Shown here one piece after another: positions 49,788 to 60,899 of a stretch of DNA of 64,000 nt (positions are counted from its first letter, which is position 1; each line of letters opens with the position of its first letter). The stretch lies in assembly GCA_027337125.1 (NCBI GenBank), contig GCA_027337125.1_3057.1; one strand, 5' to 3'. The stretch comes from a phage. A program made the translations under genes and the position numbers. Below the pieces are notes generated by a model that saw only the letters and a list, made by a program, of their open reading frames with translations, had not been told where the DNA came from and searched no databases.

Positions 49788-50420
49788 ATGAATATAGTAT
49801 ATTGGTTTACATTTGAAGACCGTGTCAAAAATAAGACTCCGCCATACTACTATATCGGTAGTAAATTAAATTGCTCATTTGAGAACGGAATAATATATGA
49901 CTCTTCCGGAAAGGAATACTGGAGTTCGTGTAAACAAAAAAGATTTTTGAATGCGGTAATGCTTCAAAAACCGAGCGTTAAAATAATTCAAATTGATGAT
50001 GATTTGGATGTTATTGAAGCAGAGCGAAAATACCAACTTGAAGTAAATGCCAGAGATAATCCAGACTATTTTAATCTGGTATATGCTGGCGGCGGATTTG
50101 GTGTGAGTGGTGAAACTCACCCAGCTAAAGACCCGGAAGTTAGAGAGCATATGAGATTGGCTAATTATATGAACCGTGACGATTTCAGACCTTGGAAAAC
50201 ATCACGAGCTAATATAGAGTCTTGGAAATTATCTCATATTGCTTACGAGAATTATGTGTTATTATTATCCTCTAATCTGTACGGTAAAACTCCTGGATGG
50301 CGAAGAGTTAAAGGTAATATAAATATAACTGATACAACTGCTAAATCGATGGTAAAGTATTTCAACTCAGGTTGGATACCTCTCGAAGACCCAGAGTATT
50401 GCAAATTATGCCAGCTATGA
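49788..50420 (+). CDS. Seg-like GIY-YIG homing endonuclease (210 aa) inserted between 59 and 32
   Basis: N-terminal IVY...YYIGSK (GIY-YIG-like) with downstream R, E, N residues at expected spacing; occupies the T4 segG (32.1) position. Confidence 0.6.
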   Translation: MNIVYWFTFEDRVKNKTPPYYYIGSKLNCSFENGIIYDSSGKEYWSSCKQKRFLNAVMLQKPSVKIIQIDDDLDVIEAERKYQLEVNARDNPDYFNLVYAGGGFGVSGETHPAKDPEVREHMRLANYMNRDDFRPWKTSRANIESWKLSHIAYENYVLLLSSNLYGKTPGWRRVKGNINITDTTAKSMVKYFNSGWIPLEDPEYCKLCQL

Positions 50421-50474
50421 GGTAAAGTGTCATAGCACCAACTGTTAATTAAATTAAGTTAAAAAGGAAATAAA
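50411..50474 (+). promoter_or_regulatory. Gene 32 translational operator: leader hairpin/pseudoknot (GCUAUGA...UCAUAGC) plus unstructured A/U-rich tract before the start
   Basis: Sequence and layout match the known T4 gene 32 autoregulatory leader. Confidence 0.65.
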
Positions 50475-51380
50475 ATGTTTAAACGTAAATCTACTGCTGA
50501 ACTTGCTGCGCAAATGGCTAAACTGAATGGCAATAAAGGTTTTTCTTCTGAAGATAAAGGCGAGTGGAAACTGAAACTCGATAATGCGGGTAACGGTCAA
50601 GCAGTAATTCGTTTTCTTCCGTCTAAAAATGATGAACAAGCACCATTCGCAATTCTTGTAAATCACGGTTTCAAGAAAAATGGTAAATGGTATATTGAAA
50701 CATGTTCATCTACCCATGGTGATTACGATTCTTGCCCAGTATGTCAATACATCAGTAAAAATGATCTGTACAACACTGACAATAAAGAGTACAGTCTTGT
50801 TAAACGTAAAACTTCTTACTGGGCTAACATTCTTGTTGTAAAAGACCCAGCTGCTCCAGAAAACGAAGGTAAAGTATTTAAATATCGTTTCGGTAAGAAA
50901 ATCTGGGATAAAATCAACGCGATGATTGCGGTTGATGTTGAAATGGGCGAAACTCCGGTTGATGTAACTTGTCCGTGGGAAGGTGCTAACTTTGTACTGA
51001 AAGTTAAACAAGTTTCTGGTTTTAGTAACTACGACGAATCTAAATTCCTGAATCAATCTGCGATTCCAAACATTGATGATGAATCTTTCCAGAAAGAACT
51101 GTTCGAACAAATGGTTGACCTTTCTGAAATGACTTCTAAAGATAAATTCAAATCGTTTGAAGAACTGAGCACTAAATTCAGTCAAGTTATGGGAACTGCT
51201 GCTATGGGTGGTGCCGCAGCGACTGCCGCTAAGAAAGCTGATAAAGTTGCTGATGATTTGGATGCATTCAATGTTGATGACTTCAAAACAAAAACTGAAG
51301 ATGATTTTATGAGCTCAAGCTCTGGCAGTTCATCTAGTGCTGATGACACGGACCTGGATGACCTTTTGAATGACCTTTAA
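50475..51380 (+). CDS. 32: Single-stranded DNA-binding protein gp32
   Basis: 301 aa; matches T4 gp32 including zinc site and acidic C-terminus. Confidence 0.95.
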
Positions 51381-51402
51381 TAGATTATATTACTAATTAA
51401 TT

Positions 51403-51428
51403 GGGGACCCTAGAGGTCCCCTTTTTTA
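51403..51428 (+). terminator. Intrinsic terminator after gene 32 (GGGGACC-cuaga-GGUCCCC + U6)
   Basis: 7-bp G/C stem and T-tract. Confidence 0.8.
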
Positions 51429-51452
51429 TTTCAAAAATTTTTTCACAAAACG

Positions 51453-51482
51453 GTTTACAAGCATAAAGCTTTATGGTACTAT
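51453..51482 (+). promoter_or_regulatory. Early promoter cassette (GTTTAC 51453-51458, -10 TACTAT 51477-51482)
   Basis: Near-identical to cassettes at 2711, 30338, 34138. Confidence 0.65.
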
Positions 51483-51525
51483 ACAACTATCGGCAATACT
51501 GCTGATGATTAAAGAGGAAAATAAT

Positions 51526-51756
51526 ATGGCTAAAGTTGATATTGACATCGTTGATTTTGAATATATTGAAGAAATTATTCGTAATCGTTATCCTGAACTT
51601 AGTATCACAAGTATTCACGATGACCCTAATTATTGCAATTTTTCTATTGTCATTGAAGGTCCTCTTGAAGACCTCACCCGCTTTATGGCTAATGAATATT
51701 GTGATGGCATGGATGCCGAAGACGCAGAATTTTACATGGGACTGATTGAACAATAA
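51526..51756 (+). CDS. Hypothetical acidic protein (76 aa)
   Basis: ATG 51526 with AAGAGGA RBS. Confidence 0.55.
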   Translation: MAKVDIDIVDFEYIEEIIRNRYPELSITSIHDDPNYCNFSIVIEGPLEDLTRFMANEYCDGMDAEDAEFYMGLIEQ

Positions 51757-51801
51757 TTATCAAGGGGCTATTACAGCCCCTATCAAAATGAGGAAAACAC
51801 A

Positions 51802-52182
51802 ATGTATATTGGCAAAAAGTATGAACTTGTTCCAAGACTTATTGATACATTTATTAATTATAGTCCACGTTCTAATTCATCAATAGTTAAAATTATTCAA
51901 GATAATGGCGGATGGTTTGAAGTCAAAGAAGTTTTCTTTGCTAATGGATTTAAAGCAGTAAAACACATTGAATGCGCTAATGGAAAGCATTTTTACCTCA
52001 AAGATAGACTTTTAGAAATTTGCGAAGACGAATTTCATTGTTTCCGCGAGTATAAAGAACCGACTTCTGAAGAAGATGAAGTCGAAGACAAGATTTCTGG
52101 CGTAACAAAAATTCACTGCGTTGTAGACGAAAACAATGTAGATGAAATTATTGAACTTTTGCGAAAAACTTTCAAAAAGTAG
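51802..52182 (+). CDS. Hypothetical protein (126 aa)
   Basis: GAGGAAAA RBS; preceded by hairpin AGGGGCU-auuac-AGCCCCU (51763-51781). Confidence 0.55.
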   Translation: MYIGKKYELVPRLIDTFINYSPRSNSSIVKIIQDNGGWFEVKEVFFANGFKAVKHIECANGKHFYLKDRLLEICEDEFHCFREYKEPTSEEDEVEDKISGVTKIHCVVDENNVDEIIELLRKTFKK

Positions 52183-52217
52183 TTTACAGTAGGGTAGTAG
52201 TGTGATACTATTACCCT
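52182..52217 (+). promoter_or_regulatory. Early promoter (GTTTAC 52182-52187, -10 TACTAT) with AGGGTA/TACCCT inverted repeat flanking the -10
   Basis: Consensus hexamers and 6-bp inverted repeat. Confidence 0.55.
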
Positions 52218-52236
52218 ATCAACTAAGGAGAATAAA

Positions 52237-52479
52237 ATGAGATTACAACGCCAGAGCATCAAAGATTCAGAAGTTAAAGGTAAATGGTATTTTAATATCA
52301 TTGGTAAAGATTCTGAGCTTGTTGAAAAAGCTGAACATCTTTTACGTGATATTGGATGGGAAGATGAATGTGATGGATGCCCTCTTTATGAAGATGGAGA
52401 AAGCGCAGGATTCTGGATTTACCATTCTGACGTTGAACAGTTTAAAGCCGATTGGAAAATTGTGAAAAAGTCTGTTTGA
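52237..52479 (+). CDS. Hypothetical protein (80 aa)
   Basis: AAGGAG RBS. Confidence 0.55.
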   Translation: MRLQRQSIKDSEVKGKWYFNIIGKDSELVEKAEHLLRDIGWEDECDGCPLYEDGESAGFWIYHSDVEQFKADWKIVKKSV

Positions 52480-52489
52480 GGAAAATAAT

Positions 52490-52732
52490 ATGATTTTTGT
52501 TTTTGAATTTATGAATGACGAATTCGATTATGCAATTTTTAACGCATTACATAATCCTGATTTAAGTGAATTTAATGAAATGTTTTCTGACGCTTTGAGT
52601 ATGTCAGAAGAATACTGTGGAGAATGTCAACGTGTTTGTGTGACAGTTTTTGAAAACAAAGAAAAGACATATGAAGAGTTATTCTTTGATGCTAATAAAG
52701 CCACTGAATGGTTTATTGAAAAGGGGTTTTGA
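52490..52732 (+). CDS. Hypothetical acidic protein (80 aa)
   Basis: GAGGAAAA RBS. Confidence 0.55.
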   Translation: MIFVFEFMNDEFDYAIFNALHNPDLSEFNEMFSDALSMSEEYCGECQRVCVTVFENKEKTYEELFFDANKATEWFIEKGF

Positions 52733-53690
<958 letters not shown>

Positions 53691-53703
53691 TTATAGGTGC
53701 TAA

Positions 53704-54252
53704 ATGAAACAATACCAAGATTTAATTAAAAATATCCTTGAAAACGGCTATGAAACCGATGACCGAACAGGCACAGGAACAATTGCTTTGTTTGGTACTA
53801 AATTGCGTTGGGATTTAACTAAAGGTTTTCCTGCAGTAACAACAAAAAAGCTCGCCTGGAATGCTTGTATTTCTGAGTTATTGTGGTTCTTATCAGGAAG
53901 TACTAACGTAAATGACCTGCGTCAGCGTACTCACGGGTCTTTAATTGCAGGGAAAACGATTTGGGATGAAAATTACGAAAAACAAGCAAAAGATTTAGGA
54001 TATCATAGCGGTGAGCTTGGCCCAATTTATGGAAAACAATGGCGTGATTTTGGCGGTGTAGACCAAATTGTAGAAGTTATTGATCGTATTAAAACATTTC
54101 CTAATGATAGACGCCAAATTGTTTCTGCGTGGAATCCGGCAGAACTTAAGCAGATGGCATTACCACCTTGTCATATGTTCTATCAGTTTAATGTTCGTAA
54201 TGGCTATTTGGATTTGCAGTGGTATCAACGATCAGTAGATGTTTTCTTGGGT
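53704..54252 (+). CDS. td: Thymidylate synthase, exon 1 (ends at ...DVFLG; 5' splice site after GGT)
   Basis: Matches ThyA N-terminal half; interrupted exactly where the T4 td intron sits. Confidence 0.93.
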
Positions 54253-55268
54253 TAATTGAGGCCTGAGTATAAGGTGACTTATACTTGTAATCTATCTAAA
54301 CGGGGAACCTCTCTAGTAGACAATCCCGTGCTAAATTGTAGGACTGCCCTTTAATAAATACTTCTATATTTAAAGAGGTATTTATGAAAAGCGGAATTTA
54401 TCAGATTAAAAATACTTTAAACAATAAAGTATATGTAGGAAGTGCTAAAGATTTTGAAAAGAGATGGAAGAGGCATTTTAAAGATTTAGAAAAAGGATGC
54501 CATTCTTCTATAAAACTTCAGAGGTCTTTTAACAAACATGGTAATGTGTTTGAATGTTCTATTTTGGAAGAAATTCCATATGAGAAAGATTTGATTATTG
54601 AACGAGAAAATTTTTGGATTAAAGAGCTTAATTCTAAAATTAATGGATACAATATTGCTGATGCAACGTTTGGTGATACATGTTCTACGCATCCATTAAA
54701 AGAAGAAATTATTAAGAAACGTTCTGAAACTGTTAAAGCTAAGATGCTTAAACTTGGACCTGATGGTCGGAAAGCTCTTTACAGTAAACCCGGAAGTAAA
54801 AACGGGCGTTGGAATCCAGAAACCTATAAGTTTTGTAAGTGCGGTGTTCGCATACAAACTTCTGCTTATACTTGCAGTAAATGCAGAAATCGTTCAGGTG
54901 AAAATAATTCATTCTTTAATCATAAGCATTCAGACATAACTAAATCTAAAATATCAGAAAAGATGAAAGGTAAAAAGCCTAGTAATATTAAAAAGATTTC
55001 ATGTGATGGGGTTATTTTTGATTGTGCAGCAGATGCAGCTAGACATTTTAAAATTTCGTCTGGATTAGTTACTTATCGTGTAAAATCTGATAAATGGAAT
55101 TGGTTCTACATAAATGCCTAACGACTATCCCTTTGGGGAGTAGGGTCAAGTGACTCGAAACGATAGACAACTTGCTTTAACAAGTTGGAGATATAGTCTG
55201 ATCTGCATGGTGACATGCAGCTGGATATAATTCCGGGGTAAGATTAACGACCTTATCTGAACATAATG
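54253..55268 (+). mobile_element. Group I self-splicing intron in td (1016 nt) carrying I-TevI
   Basis: Starts TAATTGAGGCCTGAGTATAAGGTGAC, ends ...CATAATG; length identical to T4 td intron; splicing restores the ThyA frame. Confidence 0.93.
54384..55121 (+). CDS. I-TevI: Homing endonuclease I-TevI (GIY-YIG) encoded within td intron
   Basis: 245 aa; MKSGIYQIKNTLNNKVYVGSAKDFEKRW GIY-YIG domain and C-terminal zinc-finger/HTH DNA-binding region; AAGAGG RBS. Confidence 0.95.
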   Translation: MKSGIYQIKNTLNNKVYVGSAKDFEKRWKRHFKDLEKGCHSSIKLQRSFNKHGNVFECSILEEIPYEKDLIIERENFWIKELNSKINGYNIADATFGDTCSTHPLKEEIIKKRSETVKAKMLKLGPDGRKALYSKPGSKNGRWNPETYKFCKCGVRIQTSAYTCSKCRNRSGENNSFFNHKHSDITKSKISEKMKGKKPSNIKKISCDGVIFDCAADAARHFKISSGLVTYRVKSDKWNWFYINA

Positions 55269-55580
55269 CTACCATTTAACATCGCGAGCTATGCTGCTCT
55301 TTTGCATATTGTTGCTGACATGTGTGAACTAGTTCCAGGTGATTTGATATTCTCTGGTGGTAATACACACATTTATTCTAACCATATTGAGCAATGCAAA
55401 GAGATATTAAATAGAACCCCTATGGACCTATGTAAACTCAGTATCAATTGGCCTAATGGATTCAGTCAATACGATACTGAAACTCAAATGTATTGGTTAA
55501 CTGAATATATGACAGCACGAGATTTCGTTCTCAAAGATTATCAGTCCCATGGTGTCTTGAAAGGAAAAATGGCAGTGTAA
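55269..55580 (+). CDS. td: Thymidylate synthase, exon 2
   Basis: LPFNIASYAALLHIV... continues the ThyA active-site region; joined product 286 aa. Confidence 0.93.
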   Translation, partial: LPFNIASYAALLHIVADMCELVPGDLIFSGGNTHIYSNHIEQCKEILNRTPMDLCKLSINWPNGFSQYDTETQMYWLTEYMTARDFVLKDYQSHGVLKGKMAV

Positions 55581-55603
55581 TTTTAATTTAATTGTGAGGA
55601 TAT

Positions 55604-55867
55604 ATGATTTTACGATTTAAAGATACTTCTGGTGTAGTTCTTTTTACACTTCCTAACCCAAGCGAGTTAGAAGTTCCAGGACCAAATCAGCCTATTATAA
55701 TTTATGGCAAAAAATATTATACTCATAAAATGACTCGTGAGTATTTTGATAATAAAATTTCCACAGTTAAAACTTCTTCTGACTGTTATTATGATATTAC
55801 TGTTTTAACGGAAAAACAATATGAAGAATTATCACCGCGCGGGCCGTCTATGCCAGGTAGTGAATAA
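55604..55867 (+). CDS. Hypothetical protein (87 aa)
   Basis: GAGGA RBS. Confidence 0.5.
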   Translation: MILRFKDTSGVVLFTLPNPSELEVPGPNQPIIIYGKKYYTHKMTREYFDNKISTVKTSSDCYYDITVLTEKQYEELSPRGPSMPGSE

Positions 55868-56147
55868 ATATAAATCCGACTTTGATGTTAATATTCACCG
55901 TGGTACATTTTGGGGAAATTACGTCGGTAAAGATGCTGGCAGCCGGGAGGCTGCCATTGAATTATTCAAAAAAGATTTTATACGTCGAATTAAATCCGGA
56001 GAAATAACTAAAGCACATTTAGAGCCTTTACGTGGAATGAGGCTAGGATGCACATGTAAACCGAAGCCGTGTCATGGTGATATAATAGCTCATATAGTTA
56101 ACCGATTGTTTAAAGACGATTTTCAAGTTGAGGACTTATGCAATTAA
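55821..56147 (+). CDS. Hypothetical protein (start uncertain; alternative GTG 55857) with CxC...C-H cluster
   Basis: ORF overlapping upstream gene; ends overlapping nrdA start. Confidence 0.45.
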   Translation: MKNYHRAGRLCQVVNKYKSDFDVNIHRGTFWGNYVGKDAGSREAAIELFKKDFIRRIKSGEITKAHLEPLRGMRLGCTCKPKPCHGDIIAHIVNRLFKDDFQVEDLCN

Positions 56148-58402
56148 TTAATGTTATCAAAAGTAGTGGTGTTTCTCAGAGCTTTGACCCGCAAAAAATT
56201 ATTAAAGTTTTATCTTGGGCAGCTGAAGGAACATCAGTCGATCCTTATGAATTATATGAAAATATTAAATCTTATCTCCGTGATGGAATGACAACTGATG
56301 ATATTCAGACTATTGTCATTAAGGCCGCTGCGAATTCTATTTCAGTCGAAGAGCCTGATTATCAATATGTAGCTGCACGCTGTTTAATGTTCGCTCTTCG
56401 TAAGCATGTTTATGGGCAGTATGAACCGCGTTCATTTATTGACCATATTTCTTATTGCGTAAATGAAGGGAAATATGACCCTGAATTATTGTCAAAATAT
56501 TCTGCAGAAGAAATTACATTTTTAGAATCAAAAATTAAGCATGAGCGGGATATGGAATTTACTTATTCCGGGGCAATGCAATTAAAAGAAAAATATCTAG
56601 TTAAAGATAAAAGCACTGGTCAAATTTATGAAACTCCGCAGTTTGCATTTATGACTATCGGAATGGCATTGCACCAAGATGAACCTGTTGATAGATTAAA
56701 ACATGTTATCCGTTTTTATGAAGCAGTATCTACTCGACAGATTTCACTGCCAACTCCTATTATGGCTGGTTGTCGTACTCCGACTCGACAGTTTAGTTCA
56801 TGTGTTGTTATTGAGGCAGGTGATTCATTGAAGTCTATCAATAAGGCTTCTGCTTCAATTGTTGAATATATCTCTAAACGCGCTGGAATTGGTATTAACG
56901 TTGGTATGATTCGTGCCGAAGGTTCTAAGATTGGTATGGGCGAAGTACGACATACTGGTGTTATTCCTTTTTGGAAACATTTTCAGACTGCTGTTAAATC
57001 GTGTTCACAGGGTGGAATTCGTGGCGGCGCTGCTACTGCTTATTATCCTATTTGGCATTTGGAAGTTGAAAATCTTCTCGTTTTGAAAAATAACAAAGGC
57101 GTAGAAGAAAACCGTATCCGTCATATGGATTATGGTGTTCAGCTGAATGATTTGATGATGGAACGTTTTGGAAAGAACGATTACATTACTTTGTTCAGTC
57201 CACATGAAATGGGTGGCGAGCTTTATTATTCTTATTTTAAAGACCAAGACCGTTTCCGTGAATTATACGAAGCTGCAGAAAAAGACCCTAATATTCGTAA
57301 AAAGCGTATTAAAGCCCGTGAACTGTTTGAATTGCTCATGACTGAACGCTCAGGAACAGCAAGGATTTATGTGCAGTTCATTGATAATACGAATAACTAT
57401 ACTCCATTTATTCGTGAAAAGGCACCTATTCGTCAGAGTAACTTGTGCTGTGAAATTGCTATTCCAACAAATGATGTGAATAGTCCTGATGCTGAAATTG
57501 GATTATGCACTTTATCTGCATTTGTATTGGATAACTTCGATTGGCAAGACCAAGATAAAATTAATGAATTGGCAGAAGTTCAAGTTCGTGCTCTTGATAA
57601 TCTGTTGGATTACCAAGGATATCCAGTTCCTGAAGCAGAAAAAGCTAAAAAGCGTCGTAATCTTGGCGTAGGTGTTACTAACTATGCAGCTTGGCTGGCA
57701 AGTAACTTTGCTTCTTATGAAGATGCTAACGATTTAACACATGAACTATTTGAGAGATTACAGTATGGACTCATTAAAGCATCCATTAAGCTCGCCAAAG
57801 AAAAAGGACCTTGCGAATATTATTCAGACACTCGTTGGTCTCGAGGCGAATTACCTATCGACTGGTACAATAAAAAGATTGACCAAATCGCAGCTCCAAA
57901 ATACGTTTGTGATTGGTCGTCGCTGCGGGAAGACCTTAAGCTCTTTGGCATCCGTAATAGCACATTATCAGCACTTATGCCATGTGAGTCATCTTCCCAA
58001 GTTTCTAACAGTACAAACGGTATCGAGCCTCCACGTGGACCAGTCTCTGTTAAAGAATCAAAAGAGGGTTCCTTTAATCAAGTCGTGCCCAATATTGAAC
58101 ATAACATAGACCTCTATGATTATACATGGAAATTAGCTAAGAAAGGTAATAAACCGTATCTTACGCAGGTAGCTATTATGCTGAAATGGGTGTGTCAATC
58201 AGCTTCAGCGAATACATATTATGACCCCCAAATCTTCCCTAAAGGAAAGGTTCCAATGTCAATAATGATTGATGACATGCTATACGGATGGTATTATGGC
58301 ATTAAAAATTTCTATTATCATAATACCCGTGATGGTTCTGGTACTGATGATTATGAAATAGAAACTCCTAAAGCCGACGATTGTGCAGCGTGTAAATTGT
58401 AA
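56138..58402 (+). CDS. nrdA: Aerobic ribonucleotide reductase large subunit NrdA
   Basis: 754 aa; ATP-cone and class I RNR catalytic motifs; matches T4 NrdA. Confidence 0.95.
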   Translation: MQLINVIKSSGVSQSFDPQKIIKVLSWAAEGTSVDPYELYENIKSYLRDGMTTDDIQTIVIKAAANSISVEEPDYQYVAARCLMFALRKHVYGQYEPRSFIDHISYCVNEGKYDPELLSKYSAEEITFLESKIKHERDMEFTYSGAMQLKEKYLVKDKSTGQIYETPQFAFMTIGMALHQDEPVDRLKHVIRFYEAVSTRQISLPTPIMAGCRTPTRQFSSCVVIEAGDSLKSINKASASIVEYISKRAGIGINVGMIRAEGSKIGMGEVRHTGVIPFWKHFQTAVKSCSQGGIRGGAATAYYPIWHLEVENLLVLKNNKGVEENRIRHMDYGVQLNDLMMERFGKNDYITLFSPHEMGGELYYSYFKDQDRFRELYEAAEKDPNIRKKRIKARELFELLMTERSGTARIYVQFIDNTNNYTPFIREKAPIRQSNLCCEIAIPTNDVNSPDAEIGLCTLSAFVLDNFDWQDQDKINELAEVQVRALDNLLDYQGYPVPEAEKAKKRRNLGVGVTNYAAWLASNFASYEDANDLTHELFERLQYGLIKASIKLAKEKGPCEYYSDTRWSRGELPIDWYNKKIDQIAAPKYVCDWSSLREDLKLFGIRNSTLSALMPCESSSQVSNSTNGIEPPRGPVSVKESKEGSFNQVVPNIEHNIDLYDYTWKLAKKGNKPYLTQVAIMLKWVCQSASANTYYDPQIFPKGKVPMSIMIDDMLYGWYYGIKNFYYHNTRDGSGTDDYEIETPKADDCAACKL

Positions 58403-59133
58403 TGAATTATCAAAAAATCTATAATGACCTAATTTCCCGAGCTCAGGCTCGGGAACCTTTATCTGAATATAAAGAGACACATCATATAGTCCCTAAATGC
58501 ATGGGAGGTTCTGATGATAAAGAAAATTTAGTTGAATTAACGGCTAGAGAACATTTTATAGCGCATCTATTACTATGTAAGATAAATGAAGGCCATTTTG
58601 GGCTTGCCTCTGCGTTAACGTTAATGGCAACAGATAAAGCTGGTAATAGAATTAATAACAGATTGTATAGCTTGCACAGAAAATTATTTGCTAAAGCTAA
58701 TTCTGATTTCTTTAAGAAATATTGGAAAAATAATCCTCATCCTAGAGGAATGTTAGGCAAGCATCATAAAAACGAAACTAAACAACATGTATCAAACGTG
58801 AATAGGTATGCATGCCCATCTATCGAAATACATAAATTCTCATTAGATGGGGATTTCATAGAAACCTTTCACTCTATTGCGGCAGCGTCCAGGTCAGTTA
58901 ATGGAAACGGGTCAAATATCAAATATTGTGCTGAGGGTAAATTTCAATATGCCTATGGATTTAGATGGTCATATCAACTTGATACAAAGTTTGATAAAAT
59001 ACAACCAAGAGATTATAAAGGAATCCGCGGTAAGAAATGGATTAATAACGGAAGTGAATGCACGCTTATAGGTAAAGATGATATTATACCGCCAGGTTGG
59101 AAACGCGGCAGAATTTTAAAGAGGAAAAATTAA
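58402..59133 (+). CDS. mobE: Free-standing HNH homing endonuclease MobE between nrdA and nrdB
   Basis: 243 aa; HNH motif ETHHIVPKCMGGSDDKENLVELTAREH; ATGA/TAATG coupling to both neighbours. Confidence 0.8.
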   Translation: MNYQKIYNDLISRAQAREPLSEYKETHHIVPKCMGGSDDKENLVELTAREHFIAHLLLCKINEGHFGLASALTLMATDKAGNRINNRLYSLHRKLFAKANSDFFKKYWKNNPHPRGMLGKHHKNETKQHVSNVNRYACPSIEIHKFSLDGDFIETFHSIAAASRSVNGNGSNIKYCAEGKFQYAYGFRWSYQLDTKFDKIQPRDYKGIRGKKWINNGSECTLIGKDDIIPPGWKRGRILKRKN

Positions 59134-59808
59134 TGTCTACAGTTTTTAATACAAATCCAGTTAATATTTTGACTGAGCCAATGTTTTTTGGTTCTGGATT
59201 AGGTTTAGCTCGATATGATATTCAACGGCATCGAGTATTTGAAGAACTTATTGAGAAGTCTTTATCATTTTTCTGGCGTCCTGAAGAAGTAAACTTAATG
59301 ATGGATGCTGCACAATTTAATAAACTTCCTCAGTATCAGCAAAATATTTTTACTAATAACCTGAAGTATCAATCACTTTTGGATAGCATTCAGGGTCGTG
59401 CACCGTCTGCTGTACTTATGTCATTAATTTCAGACCCAAGCCTTGATACATGGGTTGCAACATGGACATTCAGTGAAACTATTCACTCTCGTTCGTATAC
59501 TCATATTATGCGAAATCTTTATACTGATCCATCAAAGGTATTTGATGAGATTGTATTAGATAAAGCTATTATGAAACGTGCTGAATCTATTGGTCGCTAT
59601 TACGATGATGTTCTGATTAAAACCCGCGAATGGGAAAATGCTAAAGAATTTGTAGAACTAGCTAAAGAATCTCCTGATGCTGTCTTTCGTTTAAACCGAG
59701 CTATTAAACAAGAAGCCGAAGCTAAACGTGCTTTAATGAAATCTCTTTACCTCTGTTTGCACGTTATTAATGCCTTAGAAGCTATTCGTTTTTATGTATC
59801 TTTTGCGT
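59133..59808 (+). CDS. nrdB: Ribonucleotide reductase small subunit NrdB, exon 1 (ends ...RFYVSFA + T of Cys codon)
   Basis: Matches RNR R2 N-terminal part; AGAGGA RBS; frame interrupted at conserved SFAC site. Confidence 0.9.
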
Positions 59809-59894
59809 AAAATGCGCCTTTAAACGGTAACGTTTATCGAAAACTCCTTTAATTGCTGGAAAGTCCTTTATAGGAAAACTAGCAGCCAAGGTTT

Positions 59895-59926
59895 TGCTTG
59901 CACCTTTAATTAGTATAATATAAATA
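59895..59926 (+). promoter_or_regulatory. Stacked candidate middle (MotA box TGCTTGCA + TATAAT) and late (TATAAATA 59919-59926) promoters inside nrdB intron upstream of I-TevIII
   Basis: Exact late octamer; TGCTT box 19 nt upstream of TATAAT. Confidence 0.5.
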
Positions 59927-59953
59927 TGATTATACTTTTAAGAGGATGCACAA

Positions 59954-60763
59954 TTGAACTATAGAAAAATTTGGATAGATGCCAACGGACCTATACCTAA
60001 AGATTCTGATGGAAGAACATACGAAATCCATCATAAAGACGGTAACCGTGAAAATAATGATTTAGATAATTTGATGTGTCTTTCTATACAGGAACATTAT
60101 GATATACATTTAGCTCAAAAAGACTACCAGGCTTGTCATGCTATAAAGCTCAGAATGAAATATTCTCCTGAAGAAATTTCTGAATTAGCTTCTAAAGCCG
60201 CAAAATCTAGAGAAATCCAGGTTTTTAATATCCCTGAAGTACGAGCTAAAAATATTGCCTCTATTAAATCTAAGATAGAAAATGGTACATTTCATCTTTT
60301 AGGTGGTGAAATACAACGTAAATCTAATTTAAATAGAGTTGCATTAGGTATACATAATTTTCAACAAGCTGAGCATGTTGCAAAAGTTAAAGAACGCAAT
60401 ATTGCAGCTATAAAAGAAGGTACTCATGTATTTTGCGGTGGTAAAATGCAGTCAGAAACTCAATCAAAACGGGTAAATGACGGTTCACATCATTTCTTAT
60501 CAGAAGACCATAAGAAAAGAACATCAGCAAAAACATTAGAAATGGTTAAGAACGGGACTCATCCTGCACAAAAAGAAATCACATGTGATTTCTGTGGTCA
60601 TATTGGTAAAGGTCCTGGATTTTATCTAAAACATAATGACAGATGCAAATTAAATCCAAATAGAATTCAATTGAATTGCCCGTATTGTGAAAAGAAAGAT
60701 TTATCACCATCGACGTATAAAAGATGGCACGGCGACAATTGCAAAGCAAGGTTCAACGACTAG
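59954..60763 (+). CDS. I-TevIII: HNH homing endonuclease I-TevIII (full-length, 269 aa; TTG start inferred)
   Basis: HNH motif EIHHKDGNRENNDLDNL...H; C-terminal zinc finger CDFCGH...CPYCEK; AGAGGA RBS 7 nt upstream of TTG. Confidence 0.8.
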   Translation: MNYRKIWIDANGPIPKDSDGRTYEIHHKDGNRENNDLDNLMCLSIQEHYDIHLAQKDYQACHAIKLRMKYSPEEISELASKAAKSREIQVFNIPEVRAKNIASIKSKIENGTFHLLGGEIQRKSNLNRVALGIHNFQQAEHVAKVKERNIAAIKEGTHVFCGGKMQSETQSKRVNDGSHHFLSEDHKKRTSAKTLEMVKNGTHPAQKEITCDFCGHIGKGPGFYLKHNDRCKLNPNRIQLNCPYCEKKDLSPSTYKRWHGDNCKARFND

Positions 60764-60899
60764 TCTTCGGACGTAGGGTCAAGCGACTCGAAATGGGGAG
60801 AATCCCTCCGGGATTGTGATATAGTCTGGTCTGCATGGTAACATGCAGCAGTTCATAAGAGAACGGGTTGAGAATTAGCGAGCTCAATCGAACATAACG

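Larger units (their letters stand above)
59809..60899 (+). mobile_element. Group I self-splicing intron in nrdB (about 1091 nt) carrying full-length I-TevIII
   Basis: 3' core segments near-identical to the td intron; ends in G 60899; exon 2 resumes the R2 frame. Confidence 0.85.

Noticed and set aside
50706-51185. 159-aa - strand ORF opposite gene 32
   Set aside because: Completely inside the gp32 coding region; gp32 identity is unambiguous.
54340-54383. Possible late promoter for I-TevI (TAATAAATA) upstream of the intron ORF
   Set aside because: One base off the TATAAATA octamer; late expression of I-TevI is plausible but this exact site is not well enough supported to annotate.
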